DNA of 64,000 nt from Gemmatimonadales bacterium (GTDB taxonomy: Bacteria > Gemmatimonadota > Gemmatimonadetes > Gemmatimonadales > GWC2-71-9). The stretch is from NCBI GenBank assembly GCA_037189525.1, contig JBBCJC010000003.1:672001-736000 (forward strand). The letters run 5' to 3'. The notes beneath the pieces are model-generated. The model saw nothing but the letters and a program-made list of their open reading frames with translations, was not told where the DNA came from and made no database searches. Both the position numbers and the translations under genes were made by a program. This document shows, one piece after another, positions 1 to 8,985 of this stretch (the stretch's first letter is position 1; every line of letters starts with the position of its first letter).

Positions 1-633
1 CGTCGCCGCCCGGTTGTACTCGAGCCGCCGGCGGCTGTATTCGAGCGCATCGCGGAAGAGTTCCTTGAGGCGCGCAATCGTTCCGGCCCGAACGCCGCCG
101 CCGGCTGCGCGGCTGCCTCCGGTCAGATTGATCATCAGCGCGGACGGGGCTTTGACGATCATATCGTCGACCCGGCTTCCGGAGTAGTCGACCGCTACCG
201 ATACACCGGGCAGGAACGATCCGTTCGGCAGCAGGATGCCGGTGGTGATGCCGCCGGTCCGCGCCAGCGGAATCGAGATGGCCTCGGGATCGATACCCAG
301 CGTCAGATCGAACGACGGGTTGATCTGGCCTTGCTTGGTCGCCTCACCGAAGCCCTGGAGACCGCCGATACCGGTGCCGGCGGCCGCATCCGAATGAATC
401 AGACCCGGAGTGACCCACTTGCCGGCCGCGTCGACGACCGTCGCGCCTGCCGGGACGGCCGCATTGGCCCCCACGGCGGTGATGCGACCATTCGTGATGA
501 CGACGGTACCACGTTCGATCTTGGGACCGGACACCGGAAAGACGGTGCCGTTGGTGATGGCCACGGTCTGCGCGGCTGCCGTGCCCGACAGCGCCATCAG
601 CGCGGCAAGCGAAAGCGTCGAACGGCGAATCAT
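1..633 (-). CDS. Exported amidohydrolase-family protein, 5' part only (runs off the window); metal motif degenerate
   Basis: Own translation from ATG at 633: signal peptide MIRRSTLSLAALMALSGTAAAQ, then AITNGTVFPVSGPKIERGTVVITNGRITAVG...DAAGKWVTPGLIHSDAAAG. This is an amidohydrolase N-terminal beta-sandwich, but the DxHxH motif is missing. 4-nt overlap with the upstream gene. Confidence 0.85.
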   Translation of the reverse strand, partial: MIRRSTLSLAALMALSGTAAAQTVAITNGTVFPVSGPKIERGTVVITNGRITAVGANAAVPAGATVVDAAGKWVTPGLIHSDAAAGTGIGGLQGFGEATKQGQINPSFDLTLGIDPEAISIPLARTGGITTGILLPNGSFLPGVSVAVDYSGSRVDDMIVKAPSALMINLTGGSRAAGGGVRAGTIARLKELFRDALEYSRRRLEYNRAAT

Positions 634-2042
634 CGTCCCACCCCCGGAGCCGTCTGCCCCAAGTTGAAGTCGGTCTGGTACTGACGGTTCTTGTCGGAGC
701 GGTCGAACACGAGCCAGCCCTCGTTCCAGACTTTCTCCGCCTTGGAGTAGACGGAGAACGGATCGCCGGACCAGAGCACCACGTCGGCCAGCTTGCCGGG
801 CTCGAGCGTGCCGGTTTCCCGGTCGATGCCGAGCACCCAGGCTGGGTTGGCGGTGATCCAGCGGATCGCCTGGTCACGGGTGATCGGAATGCCCGCGCGA
901 ATTCCGGCATACATCGCCTTGGCTGCATCCTGATTCATCCGCTGGATGCCGTCCGGGCTGTCGGTGTGGAGCACGGAACGGACGCCGGCCTTGGTGAGCA
1001 GCGCCAGGTTCTCCAGGATCCGGTCGAACGCTTCCATCTTGAAGCCACCCCAGTCATACCAGACCGAGGCCGCAGTGCCGGCCGACGCAAGCAGATCGGC
1101 CACCTTGTACGCTTCGACGCCGTGGTGGATCGAGCGAATCGTGAATCCGAATTCGCGAGCCACGTCGAGCATCTGGGCAATTTCGTCGCCGCGGTAGCAG
1201 TGGTTCTGGACCCCGATCTCGCCGCGCAGCACGCCGGCCAGCGTTTCGAGCTTGAGATCGCGTGCGGGTGGATCGCCCTTCCGGTCCTTGAGCCACTTGT
1301 CCCAACGCTGCCGATACTGCTCGGCCTGAATGAACGCCGCCCGGTATCCCGCGACGTTGCCCATCCGGGTCGACGGTCCGCGCGAGGCGTAGACCCGCTT
1401 CGGGTTTTCACCGCAGGCCATCTTCAGCCCGTACGGCGCGCCGGGATATTTCATTTCCTGCACCGTGCGCGCCGGGACGAAGCGGACGGTCACCGAACGG
1501 CCGCCGATCAGGTTGGCCGAGCCGGGCAGGATCTGCGCGACGGTCACGCCGCCGGCAACGGCCAGCGGGATCTGCGGATCGTGCGGCCAGAAGGAATGCT
1601 CCGCCCAAACTTCCGCCGTGTTCGGGTTGGTCATCTCGTTCCCGTCGCTCTCCGCGGCGGTTCCGGGGGCGGCATAGACACCGATGTGGCTGTGGGTGTC
1701 GATGATGCCGGGCGTCACGAACTTGCCCTGCGCGTCGATCACCTGGGCGCCGGCCGGTACGGTACCGACGTTGCCCACGGCGACGATCTTCCCATCCTGG
1801 AAGAGAATCGATGCGTTGGTGAGTTCCTGGCCCGTCGCGGTCATGATCGTGGCGTTCCGGATCACCACGGCCGCGTTCGGACGCCGCTGGTAGGTCGAGG
1901 GATACTGGCTTCGGTCGAAGCTCAGCGTATCGCGGAACGTCTCCGCGCTCGGCGGGCTCGTCGAGGCTTGAGCCACGGCCTCGTGCGCGCCAAGGGCGAG
2001 CACCAGCGCCGGCGCAACGAGATATGGTTTCACACCCATCAT
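630..2042 (-). CDS. Exported metal-dependent amidohydrolase (imidazolonepropionase-like superfamily)
   Basis: Signal peptide; PGIIDTHSH, KMACGENPK, NHCY, HHG, LHTD and TGTLEPGKLADVVLW motifs; GAGGAGG SD upstream. Confidence 0.9.
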   Translation of the reverse strand: MMGVKPYLVAPALVLALGAHEAVAQASTSPPSAETFRDTLSFDRSQYPSTYQRRPNAAVVIRNATIMTATGQELTNASILFQDGKIVAVGNVGTVPAGAQVIDAQGKFVTPGIIDTHSHIGVYAAPGTAAESDGNEMTNPNTAEVWAEHSFWPHDPQIPLAVAGGVTVAQILPGSANLIGGRSVTVRFVPARTVQEMKYPGAPYGLKMACGENPKRVYASRGPSTRMGNVAGYRAAFIQAEQYRQRWDKWLKDRKGDPPARDLKLETLAGVLRGEIGVQNHCYRGDEIAQMLDVAREFGFTIRSIHHGVEAYKVADLLASAGTAASVWYDWGGFKMEAFDRILENLALLTKAGVRSVLHTDSPDGIQRMNQDAAKAMYAGIRAGIPITRDQAIRWITANPAWVLGIDRETGTLEPGKLADVVLWSGDPFSVYSKAEKVWNEGWLVFDRSDKNRQYQTDFNLGQTAPGVGR

Positions 2043-2129
2043 CCTCCTCTTTCTTCTCAGTCCCTGTGTTGGAATGATCGAGCCGTTCGCTCCGGTGGTG
2101 CGGGGGCGGCTCCTGCGGACGTACTGGTC

Positions 2130-2825
2130 CTACTCGACCCGCACGATTTCGACGGGGGTTCCCGCAATGGCGATCTTGAGCAGCTGAAATGGAGCCTGCC
2201 GAGACACCCAGAAGTTGGCCGTTTGCGGTCCGCCGGTCAGATCGACCCGGAACGCCTCGACGCTCTTGCCGGAGGTGAGCGTGACCGACTCGGCACCGGT
2301 CACCTGCAAGGTTCGGATCGCCGTTTCGTTCTGCCCGCCGCTGAAGACCCGGAAGGTCCAGCGACTGTCCGCCGTCCAGGGCAGGGCGGGGACCAGCCCC
2401 TGGATGGCGTTGTCATCGACGACCGGGTCTGTCAACGTCGTGTCGATCGTGAGGCTGACCGGCCCGCTGGGACCCACGGTGTTGGCGCGACCTTTGACGC
2501 TCGACCCGTGGTAGTCGAGCTCGATCACGGTCGCCTCGCCCTGGACCTTGCCGGCCTGGCGGACCTGCACCATGGCTCCCTGGCGATCCAGGTCGACCGT
2601 GGTCTCCTGTTCGAGCAGGCCCTCGATCTGGCTCCGTTCGCGGAGGCGAAAGCCGTTGGCGGTCGTCTCGACTGACGTCACGAGGGCTCCCAGGGGGATA
2701 CCATTGGCCCGGATGGCAAAGCTGTCCCGCGATGGAGCAAGCTGAGCGACACGGACGGGAAGAGTCTGAGCTGCCGCGACGCTGCCGATCGGGGCAGCGA
2801 GCGCCAGCGCAACGACGATACGCAT
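2130..2825 (-). CDS. Exported beta-rich hypothetical protein (DUF3108-like)
   Basis: Signal peptide ending AAAQ; C-terminal ESVTLTSGKSVEAFRV...FWVSRQAP resembles DUF3108. Confidence 0.6.
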   Translation of the reverse strand: MRIVVALALAAPIGSVAAAQTLPVRVAQLAPSRDSFAIRANGIPLGALVTSVETTANGFRLRERSQIEGLLEQETTVDLDRQGAMVQVRQAGKVQGEATVIELDYHGSSVKGRANTVGPSGPVSLTIDTTLTDPVVDDNAIQGLVPALPWTADSRWTFRVFSGGQNETAIRTLQVTGAESVTLTSGKSVEAFRVDLTGGPQTANFWVSRQAPFQLLKIAIAGTPVEIVRVE

Positions 2826-3063
2826 CCTGAGGAGACCTCGATGGTGGTCCGAAGGCGGTTCAATCTAGCCACTCGCGCTGGAAATCGCTGCGGACCGGGC
2901 AGGCGCGTGAGAGAGGACATCCCGGCGCGAATGGTTCAGGTGCCATCCGTGGTGGATGAAAATAGTTCGTCAAATATCCTAGTCATTGACAACAGATCAC
3001 CTTGTATGACAGACGCTAAATAACTGTGTTGCAATTGATTATGTCTCAGGCCTTTCCAGGCTT

Positions 3064-3086
3064 AACAATCGCTTTCCAGATCCGTC
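3064..3086 (+). promoter_or_regulatory. Putative ECF-sigma promoter (AAC-N16-CGTC)
   Basis: AAC at 3064-66, 16-nt spacer, CGTC at 3083-86, directly before the ECF sigma start. Confidence 0.55.
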
Positions 3087-3093
3087 TTTCCTG

Positions 3094-3633
3094 GTGCGAA
3101 TGATGACGGCAACGACCGATGACGACCTGATCCGCGAGTTTCTGGCGGGTAGTGAGGCTGCCGCGACGCAGCTGGTGGTTCGTCACACATCGTCTCTGGG
3201 TCGTTATCTGGCCGCGGTGGGGGCCGATCCCGGTGAGATCGAGGATCTGGTCCAGGAGGCCTTCTTCCGGGCCTTCCGATCGCTCGGCGGCTGGAAAGGG
3301 CACGGATCGTTTCGGGCCTGGTTGTTTCGGATCGGGGTCAATCTGGCCCGGGATCGCGCCCGAGCCCATCGCGGGCTCACGCTGGTGCCGATCGAGGAAG
3401 AAGAGATTGTGGCCGGGGCAGATCCGGAGGGCGAGATGGGGGTGCAGGACATGGTGGGACGGATCGAGAGCGTATTGGCGGAGCTGCCGAGGTTGCAGCG
3501 GGAAGTCTTTCTGCTCAGGGCGCAGCAGGCGCTCGGATACGAGGAGATCGCGGTGGCGCTCGAAACGACGCCTGGCGCGGCCCGGGTCCACTATCACCAC
3601 GCGGTGCGACGATTGAAGGAGGCGGTACGCTGA
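3094..3633 (+). CDS. ECF RNA polymerase sigma factor
   Basis: EDLVQEAFFRAF, SFRAWLFRIGVN (region 2); LPRLQREVFLLR...YEEIA (region 4). Start may be ATG 3100 or 3103. Confidence 0.95.
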   Translation: MRMMTATTDDDLIREFLAGSEAAATQLVVRHTSSLGRYLAAVGADPGEIEDLVQEAFFRAFRSLGGWKGHGSFRAWLFRIGVNLARDRARAHRGLTLVPIEEEEIVAGADPEGEMGVQDMVGRIESVLAELPRLQREVFLLRAQQALGYEEIAVALETTPGAARVHYHHAVRRLKEAVR

Positions 3634-4163
3634 TGCGCTGCGAGGAATTGTCGGAACGGATGCCGCTCGTGGCGGCCGGCGCGGAATGGACATCGGCTGA
3701 ATCGGCTCACTTGGCGGGATGTTCCGCATGTGCTGAGGAATGGTTGGTGGTGCAGGCAGGCCGGCGTTTGGGCGACCGCGCTCCCCGGCTCGATGCGAAT
3801 GTGGTTGCGGCGGGCGTCTTGGCCCGGCTTCGAACGGAGCCGTCTCCACGACCAGCCCCCGCAGGAACACGGACCGGGCGATTCCGTTCTCGCTCAGCCC
3901 GCTGGATTGGGGGAGGATTGGCCGCCGCGGCGGCCCTGGTGCTGGCCATCGGTCTTGGCCGGGACAAGGGAACGGGAAACAGAGAGGGTCCCGTGCCGCA
4001 GACGGAGATGACGTTGACCGAGTTGGAAGGGCTTACCAGTGCCGAGCTCGAGGAAATCATGGCACAGCTGGAGATCGACGATATCGGGAGTACGGCGGAA
4101 CCCGGATTGGCCGATCTCACCACCGAAGAACTGGAGCGCTTGCTGCGCTCCTGGGAAGGATGA
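3633..4163 (+). CDS. Membrane-anchored zinc-binding anti-sigma factor (ZAS/zf-HC2-like)
   Basis: N-terminal C...HLAGCSAC (HxxxCxxC), single TM WIGGGLAAAAALVLAIGLG; 1-nt overlap with sigma gene. Confidence 0.8.
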   Translation: MRCEELSERMPLVAAGAEWTSAESAHLAGCSACAEEWLVVQAGRRLGDRAPRLDANVVAAGVLARLRTEPSPRPAPAGTRTGRFRSRSARWIGGGLAAAAALVLAIGLGRDKGTGNREGPVPQTEMTLTELEGLTSAELEEIMAQLEIDDIGSTAEPGLADLTTEELERLLRSWEG

Positions 4164-4688
4164 ATGAAGATGCGAACCATGAATTGGTTGGTCCTGGCGG
4201 GGACGTTGGTCGCGGCGCCGATGGTGGCGCAGGAGCGCCCGAACCGTCCGAACCGCCCCGATCCCGAGCGGGTCGAGCGCGCGCGGCAGATGATCGAGAC
4301 CCGGTTTCTCCGCCGGCTGAGCACCGAACTGCAGCTCGACTCGACGCAGACGGGCAAAGTACGCGAAATCCTGGCTGCCTCCGCGACCAAGCGGCGCACG
4401 CTGATGCAGGAAGGCCGGCAAACACGCATCGAACTGCAGCAACAGATGCAGCCGGGCGTCGCGGCCGATGGGTCCACGGTCAATCGTCTGATCGATAACC
4501 TGGTCCGGAATCGCACGGCGCAGGCGCAGTCGTTCGAGGAAGAGCAGCAGGCGCTGGCCGGGGTTCTCTCGCCGGTACAGCGGGCGCGGTATCTGCTGCT
4601 GCGGGAGCGGCTGGTGCAGGGGGTTCGCGATGTTCGCGGCGCCCGCGGCGGGGCAGCGCCGCATCAGCGGATGCGCAATCGTCCCTGA
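4164..4688 (+). CDS. Periplasmic Spy/CpxP/CnrX-like helical protein
   Basis: Signal peptide; LQLDSTQ and VLSPVQR (LTxxQ-type) motifs; all-helical, Arg-rich. Confidence 0.7.
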   Translation: MKMRTMNWLVLAGTLVAAPMVAQERPNRPNRPDPERVERARQMIETRFLRRLSTELQLDSTQTGKVREILAASATKRRTLMQEGRQTRIELQQQMQPGVAADGSTVNRLIDNLVRNRTAQAQSFEEEQQALAGVLSPVQRARYLLLRERLVQGVRDVRGARGGAAPHQRMRNRP

Positions 4689-4738
4689 ACGGGCCGCCCG
4701 GGTGTAGATTTCGCCTCTCACCAGAGGAGAGGTGAACG

Positions 4739-6067
4739 GTGCGAATCTTGACCCTGGCGGCATGTCTGGTCGGCGCAACTCCCGCGGTTGCGCCGGCGCA
4801 GAGCCCGGTGATCTATCGGGTGCCGATTACCGGTGTTATCGAGAACGGTCTGGCGCCTTACGTAGCGCGCGCGATCAAAACGGCCGAGGCAGCCAATGCC
4901 TCGGCCATCGTGCTCGACATCGACACACCGGGCGGCCGGGTCGATGCGGCGGAGCGAATCGTCGATGCCGTGCAGGGGGCATCGATCCCCGTTTATGCCT
5001 TTATCAATCCGCGAGCCTACAGCGCCGGCGCCATGATCGCCCTGGCTGCCAAGGGCATCTACATGCAGCCCACGGGCGTGGTGGGCGCGGCCACGCCCGT
5101 CGATGGCGAAGGCACCAAAGCCTCCGAGAAAATGGTGAGCGCGATGCGCGCCGCCTTTCGAGCCTTGGCCGAAGCGCGCGGGGTCGATCCGCGCCTGGCG
5201 GAGGGCATGGTCGACGAGACCATCGAGATTCCCGATGTCAAACCGGCCGGCGTGCTGCTCACCTTGACGGCGGGTGAAGCGCTCCGCCACGGATTTGCTC
5301 AGGATACGGCTCGCTCACTCCGGGATGTCGCGGCGGCCGTCGGCGCGGCGAATCCCGTGGTCGAGGAAGTGCCGATCAACTGGGCCGAGCGGGTGGTGCG
5401 CTTCTTGACCCATCCTGTGGTCTCGCCGTTGCTCCTCTCGCTGGGCATGCTCGGTCTGATCTTCGAGATCAAAACGGGCGCTTTTGGTCTGGGCGGGGTC
5501 GTGAGCCTTGGCGCGCTCGGCTTGTTTTTCGGCTCGGGTGTCTTGCTGGGGTTGGCGGGTTGGGAAGAGGTCATTCTGCTGGTGCTGGGAATCGTAGCCA
5601 TCGGGGTGGAGGTCTTCCTGCTACCCGGGTTCGGCGTGGCGGGGTTGCTGGGCTTGGGCCTGGTGGGCACCTCGATCGTCCTTGCGATGGTGAGCGGCGT
5701 TCCCACCGGCGGCGATCTGATCCAGGCCGGGGCGATTCTCGTGGCGGCGCTCGTGATTACCGTGGCGGTGGCCTTTGCCTGGATCCGCCATCTGCCTAAC
5801 AGCCGCCGCTTCAGCAAGGCGCTGCTTGGTGAGGAGCTGCGGACGGAGACCGGATACATTGCGGCGCCGCCACGGCCGGATCTGATTGGGCGGACCGGGG
5901 TGGCGGTAACCGATTTGCGACCGGCTGGGGTCGTCGCGATCGACGACGAGCGGATCGACGTCGTGACCGAAGGTGAGTTCGTCGCCGCTGGTACCATGGT
6001 GGCGGTCATCAGGGCCGAATCGTATCGCCACATCGTCCGCGCGGCGAACGATCGCGTAGCACCGTAG
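4739..6067 (+). CDS. nfeD: Long-form NfeD membrane-bound serine protease (YqeZ-like)
   Basis: ClpP-like N-domain (LDIDTPGG, AYSAGA), TM bundle, C-terminal OB fold GVAVTDLRPAG. Confidence 0.9.
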   Translation: MRILTLAACLVGATPAVAPAQSPVIYRVPITGVIENGLAPYVARAIKTAEAANASAIVLDIDTPGGRVDAAERIVDAVQGASIPVYAFINPRAYSAGAMIALAAKGIYMQPTGVVGAATPVDGEGTKASEKMVSAMRAAFRALAEARGVDPRLAEGMVDETIEIPDVKPAGVLLTLTAGEALRHGFAQDTARSLRDVAAAVGAANPVVEEVPINWAERVVRFLTHPVVSPLLLSLGMLGLIFEIKTGAFGLGGVVSLGALGLFFGSGVLLGLAGWEEVILLVLGIVAIGVEVFLLPGFGVAGLLGLGLVGTSIVLAMVSGVPTGGDLIQAGAILVAALVITVAVAFAWIRHLPNSRRFSKALLGEELRTETGYIAAPPRPDLIGRTGVAVTDLRPAGVVAIDDERIDVVTEGEFVAAGTMVAVIRAESYRHIVRAANDRVAP

Positions 6068-6125
6068 TACATGACCCGGCGGCCGGTGGCTGCCGGCGGA
6101 TACTCGACTCGAGAGGGGGAAGCGC

Positions 6126-7130
6126 GTGGATCAGGACGCAGTGGGACTCGGATTGCTCGTAGCGATGATCGTCGGCGGCCTGGTGCTGCTGTCGATCTTC
6201 TTCCGTTTCGTTCCGATCGGGCTCTGGTTCCAGGCCTTGGTGTCGGGAGTGCGGGTCTCGTTCCTCCAACTCTTCTTCATGCGTTTCCGCCGGGTCGATC
6301 CCGCGTCGATCGTGAATCCGCTGGTCAATGCGCACAAAGCGGGCATGGCGCTGACTGCCGATCAGCTCGAGTCGCACTATCTCTCGGGCGGCAACGTGGC
6401 GCGGGTGGTCAATGCGCTCATCTCGGCCGGTAAGGCCGGTATCCCGCTCGACTTCAAGCAGGCGACCGCGATCGACCTCGCCGGTCGGGATGTATTCGAG
6501 GCGGTGCAGGTCAGCGTCAACCCGAAGGTGATTACGACGCCGAAAGTCGCCGCCATGGCGAAGGACGGCATTCAGCTCCTGGCGCTGGCCCGGGTGACCG
6601 TACGCGCGAATATCAACCGTCTGGTCGGCGGCGCGGGCGAAGAAACCATTCTGGCCCGTGTCGGCGAAGGTATCGTCAGCACGATCGGTTCGGCAGCCGG
6701 GCACAAGTCCGTGCTCGAGAATCCCGATATGATCTCGAAGACCGTGCTGGCCAAGGGACTCGACGCGGGAACCGCCTACGAGATTCTCTCGATCGATATC
6801 GCCGACGTTGACGTGGGCAAGAACATCGGGGCAGAGTTGCAGACCGATCAGGCCGAAGCCGACAAGCGGATTGCGCAGGCCAAGGCGGAAGAGCGCCGGG
6901 CGCTGGCGGTGGCCATGGAGCAGGAGTACAAGGCCGGGGTCCAGAAGGAGCGGGCCAAGCTGGTTGCTGCGGAGGCCGAGATTCCGCTGGCCATGGCGGA
7001 AGCGTTCCGGCGCGGCATGCTCGGTGTGATGGACTATCAGCGGATCAGGAACGTCGAGGCGGACACGCAGATGCGGAACGCCATTGCGGGGCAATCGGAC
7101 AGCGGCACGTCCTCCGGACCGTTGGGCTAA
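6126..7130 (+). CDS. floA: Flotillin-like protein FloA (YqfA/UPF0365)
   Basis: [62 protein letters not shown]. Confidence 0.97.
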   Translation: MDQDAVGLGLLVAMIVGGLVLLSIFFRFVPIGLWFQALVSGVRVSFLQLFFMRFRRVDPASIVNPLVNAHKAGMALTADQLESHYLSGGNVARVVNALISAGKAGIPLDFKQATAIDLAGRDVFEAVQVSVNPKVITTPKVAAMAKDGIQLLALARVTVRANINRLVGGAGEETILARVGEGIVSTIGSAAGHKSVLENPDMISKTVLAKGLDAGTAYEILSIDIADVDVGKNIGAELQTDQAEADKRIAQAKAEERRALAVAMEQEYKAGVQKERAKLVAAEAEIPLAMAEAFRRGMLGVMDYQRIRNVEADTQMRNAIAGQSDSGTSSGPLG

Positions 7131-7711
7131 TGGAGTTAATCTTTCTCCTGGTTCTGTTTGCGATCGGCAATCTGCTCAAAGCGAACGCCGAGAAGAAGCA
7201 GCGCGAGCAGGCCGAGCGGGAACTCGAACTCGGGGAGCACACCCCCGATCGCGACGATCTGATGGAAGAGATTCGTCGCGCCATGGAAGGGATGCGGCAG
7301 CAGCGGCAGCCCGAGGCTGCTGCTCCGCCGTACTCGAGAACGGGCGGCGCGCAGCTATCGACGATCGATCGCGACGACGACGGCTTCGATGAGGAGGACG
7401 AGACGCTCGAAGAGGTTCCGGTGGTGCGGAGCCTCGAGGACGAGGTGCGCCGCCCCGAACGGGAGCGTGTCGATTACGATGCGGAGTCGAAAGCAGCGGT
7501 CCAGCGACGGATCGAATGGGCCGAGGTTCGGGCGCGAGCGCATCGTCCGGAAGATCATCGCGCCTTCGATCGGCGGATTCGGGCGGAACCCGAGGCTCCC
7601 GGACCCGCCGAGGAGCACGCATCGGTCCGTAGACCCGATCTGCGGCAACTGGTTGTCTGGCAGGAAATTCTCGGAAAGCCCGTCGCGCTCCGCGAGCGGG
7701 ATGATAGATAG
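7130..7711 (+). CDS. YqfB-like hypothetical protein
   Basis: N-terminal TM, charged linker, C-terminal LRQLVVWQEILGKPVALR; third position after nfeD-floA. Confidence 0.7.
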   Translation: MELIFLLVLFAIGNLLKANAEKKQREQAERELELGEHTPDRDDLMEEIRRAMEGMRQQRQPEAAAPPYSRTGGAQLSTIDRDDDGFDEEDETLEEVPVVRSLEDEVRRPERERVDYDAESKAAVQRRIEWAEVRARAHRPEDHRAFDRRIRAEPEAPGPAEEHASVRRPDLRQLVVWQEILGKPVALRERDDR

Positions 7712-7720
7712 GCGTCCCGA

Positions 7721-8569
7721 TCAGGTTCCACGAACCCAGAGCAGTATGACGCCGCACGCGGCTCCCGGGATCTCGGGTGGGACGTTCGATCCCGGTCTCG
7801 GGTCGGGGGCGGGCGGAGTCGTTACCGTGTAGCGGACCGGCGTTTCCGACCCGCGGCGGTATACCTCGACGGCGTCGAGACTGCTGACCTGATACCTGTT
7901 GAGGTCAGGATCCTGGGTGCGAATATCGTTGACGTAGAGGGTCATCGTACATTTGGACGACGGGTTGGCTATCGTCGGAGTTCGATTGCCGATCGCGAAC
8001 GCTTTGTTGCCGACCGGTTCGACGAGCACCTCGACGCCGAGTTGTCTGACGAGATCGGCCAACTGGCGATGTTCGTTGTCGCGAAGGTCTTCAGGTAACA
8101 GAAATCGCCCGAATCCGGTTCGCTTGCGCTCCTCGATCTCCGTGAGCACCCGGGACCGCTTCGGGGCTCGAACATAGATCGGTTCGAGCTCCGGTATCCA
8201 GGCGTTCAGGCTCAGATCGATGTCCAGGCTATCCGAGCTCTCGATCTTGAGCGTGGCGACCGCGCCTTCGAAGCCGACCCGCCGGACCCGCAACTGATGC
8301 GAACCAATCGGAATCCCGGCGATGCGAAAGTCGCCCGAATCGTTGGTCCATTCCCGAAGCTTCAGGTTCTCGATCAGGACTTCGACCATTGCCAGCGGCG
8401 CTTGCGATTGGGCCGCCCTGATCCGGCCTTTGAGCACAGCCTGCGCGGCGAGATCCTGGCCGGCCAGCGCAAGGAAGGCCAGGAGCACAACCGCGCAGCG
8501 GCTACGAATGCTCGTAGTGCGAGTGGGAATGCCCGATGCTGATATCGGCAGAATGTCAGATGACTGCAT
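7721..8569 (-). CDS. Exported carboxypeptidase-regulatory-like domain + TonB plug-like domain protein, no barrel
   Basis: Signal peptide; GRIR...PLAMVEV...TNDSGDFRI...VRRVGF; then LDAVEVYR...CGVILLW. ATG 8569 follows GGGAG. Confidence 0.8.
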   Translation of the reverse strand: MQSSDILPISASGIPTRTTSIRSRCAVVLLAFLALAGQDLAAQAVLKGRIRAAQSQAPLAMVEVLIENLKLREWTNDSGDFRIAGIPIGSHQLRVRRVGFEGAVATLKIESSDSLDIDLSLNAWIPELEPIYVRAPKRSRVLTEIEERKRTGFGRFLLPEDLRDNEHRQLADLVRQLGVEVLVEPVGNKAFAIGNRTPTIANPSSKCTMTLYVNDIRTQDPDLNRYQVSSLDAVEVYRRGSETPVRYTVTTPPAPDPRPGSNVPPEIPGAACGVILLWVRGT

Positions 8570-8649
8570 CGTTGTACTCCCACCAGTCCGCAAGCTAGGC
8601 GGATATCAGGGCCTCAATCATGTTCGCGCCGGATGGGCATTCTCGCATC

Positions 8650-8961
8650 CTATCCCGACCGGGACCACAGCAGAATGATTCCGCATGACGCACCAGTTCC
8701 GACGTACTGGATCGGGGCTTCTGTTGCGCTGCGATAGACCTCGACCGCCTCGAGCTGGCTGAGAGGGAACATCCCGAGGTTATTGGTGTGTACCGGCATT
8801 CCGTTGATCAGTATTCGGAGGTCGCATTTCATACTTCTGCCGGCCGCAGCAGGGCCGCTGCTTCGCCCGCCGCACTGCGATCGTCCTTTCAATGGCAGTA
8901 TCCCTACAGAGGAACCGGCGCACTCGAAGACGTTCGCGCCAGGCTGTCGGCAGATAGGCAA
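8650..8961 (-). pseudogene. 5'-truncated paralogue of the adjacent plug-like protein
   Basis: KCDLRILING...LEAVEVYRSATEAPIQY...CGIILLW aligns by eye with the C-terminus of 7721-8569; no signal peptide, no N-domain, no clear start. Confidence 0.65.
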
Positions 8962-8985
8962 ATGACCGCCAGGTCCGAAGGCCGT

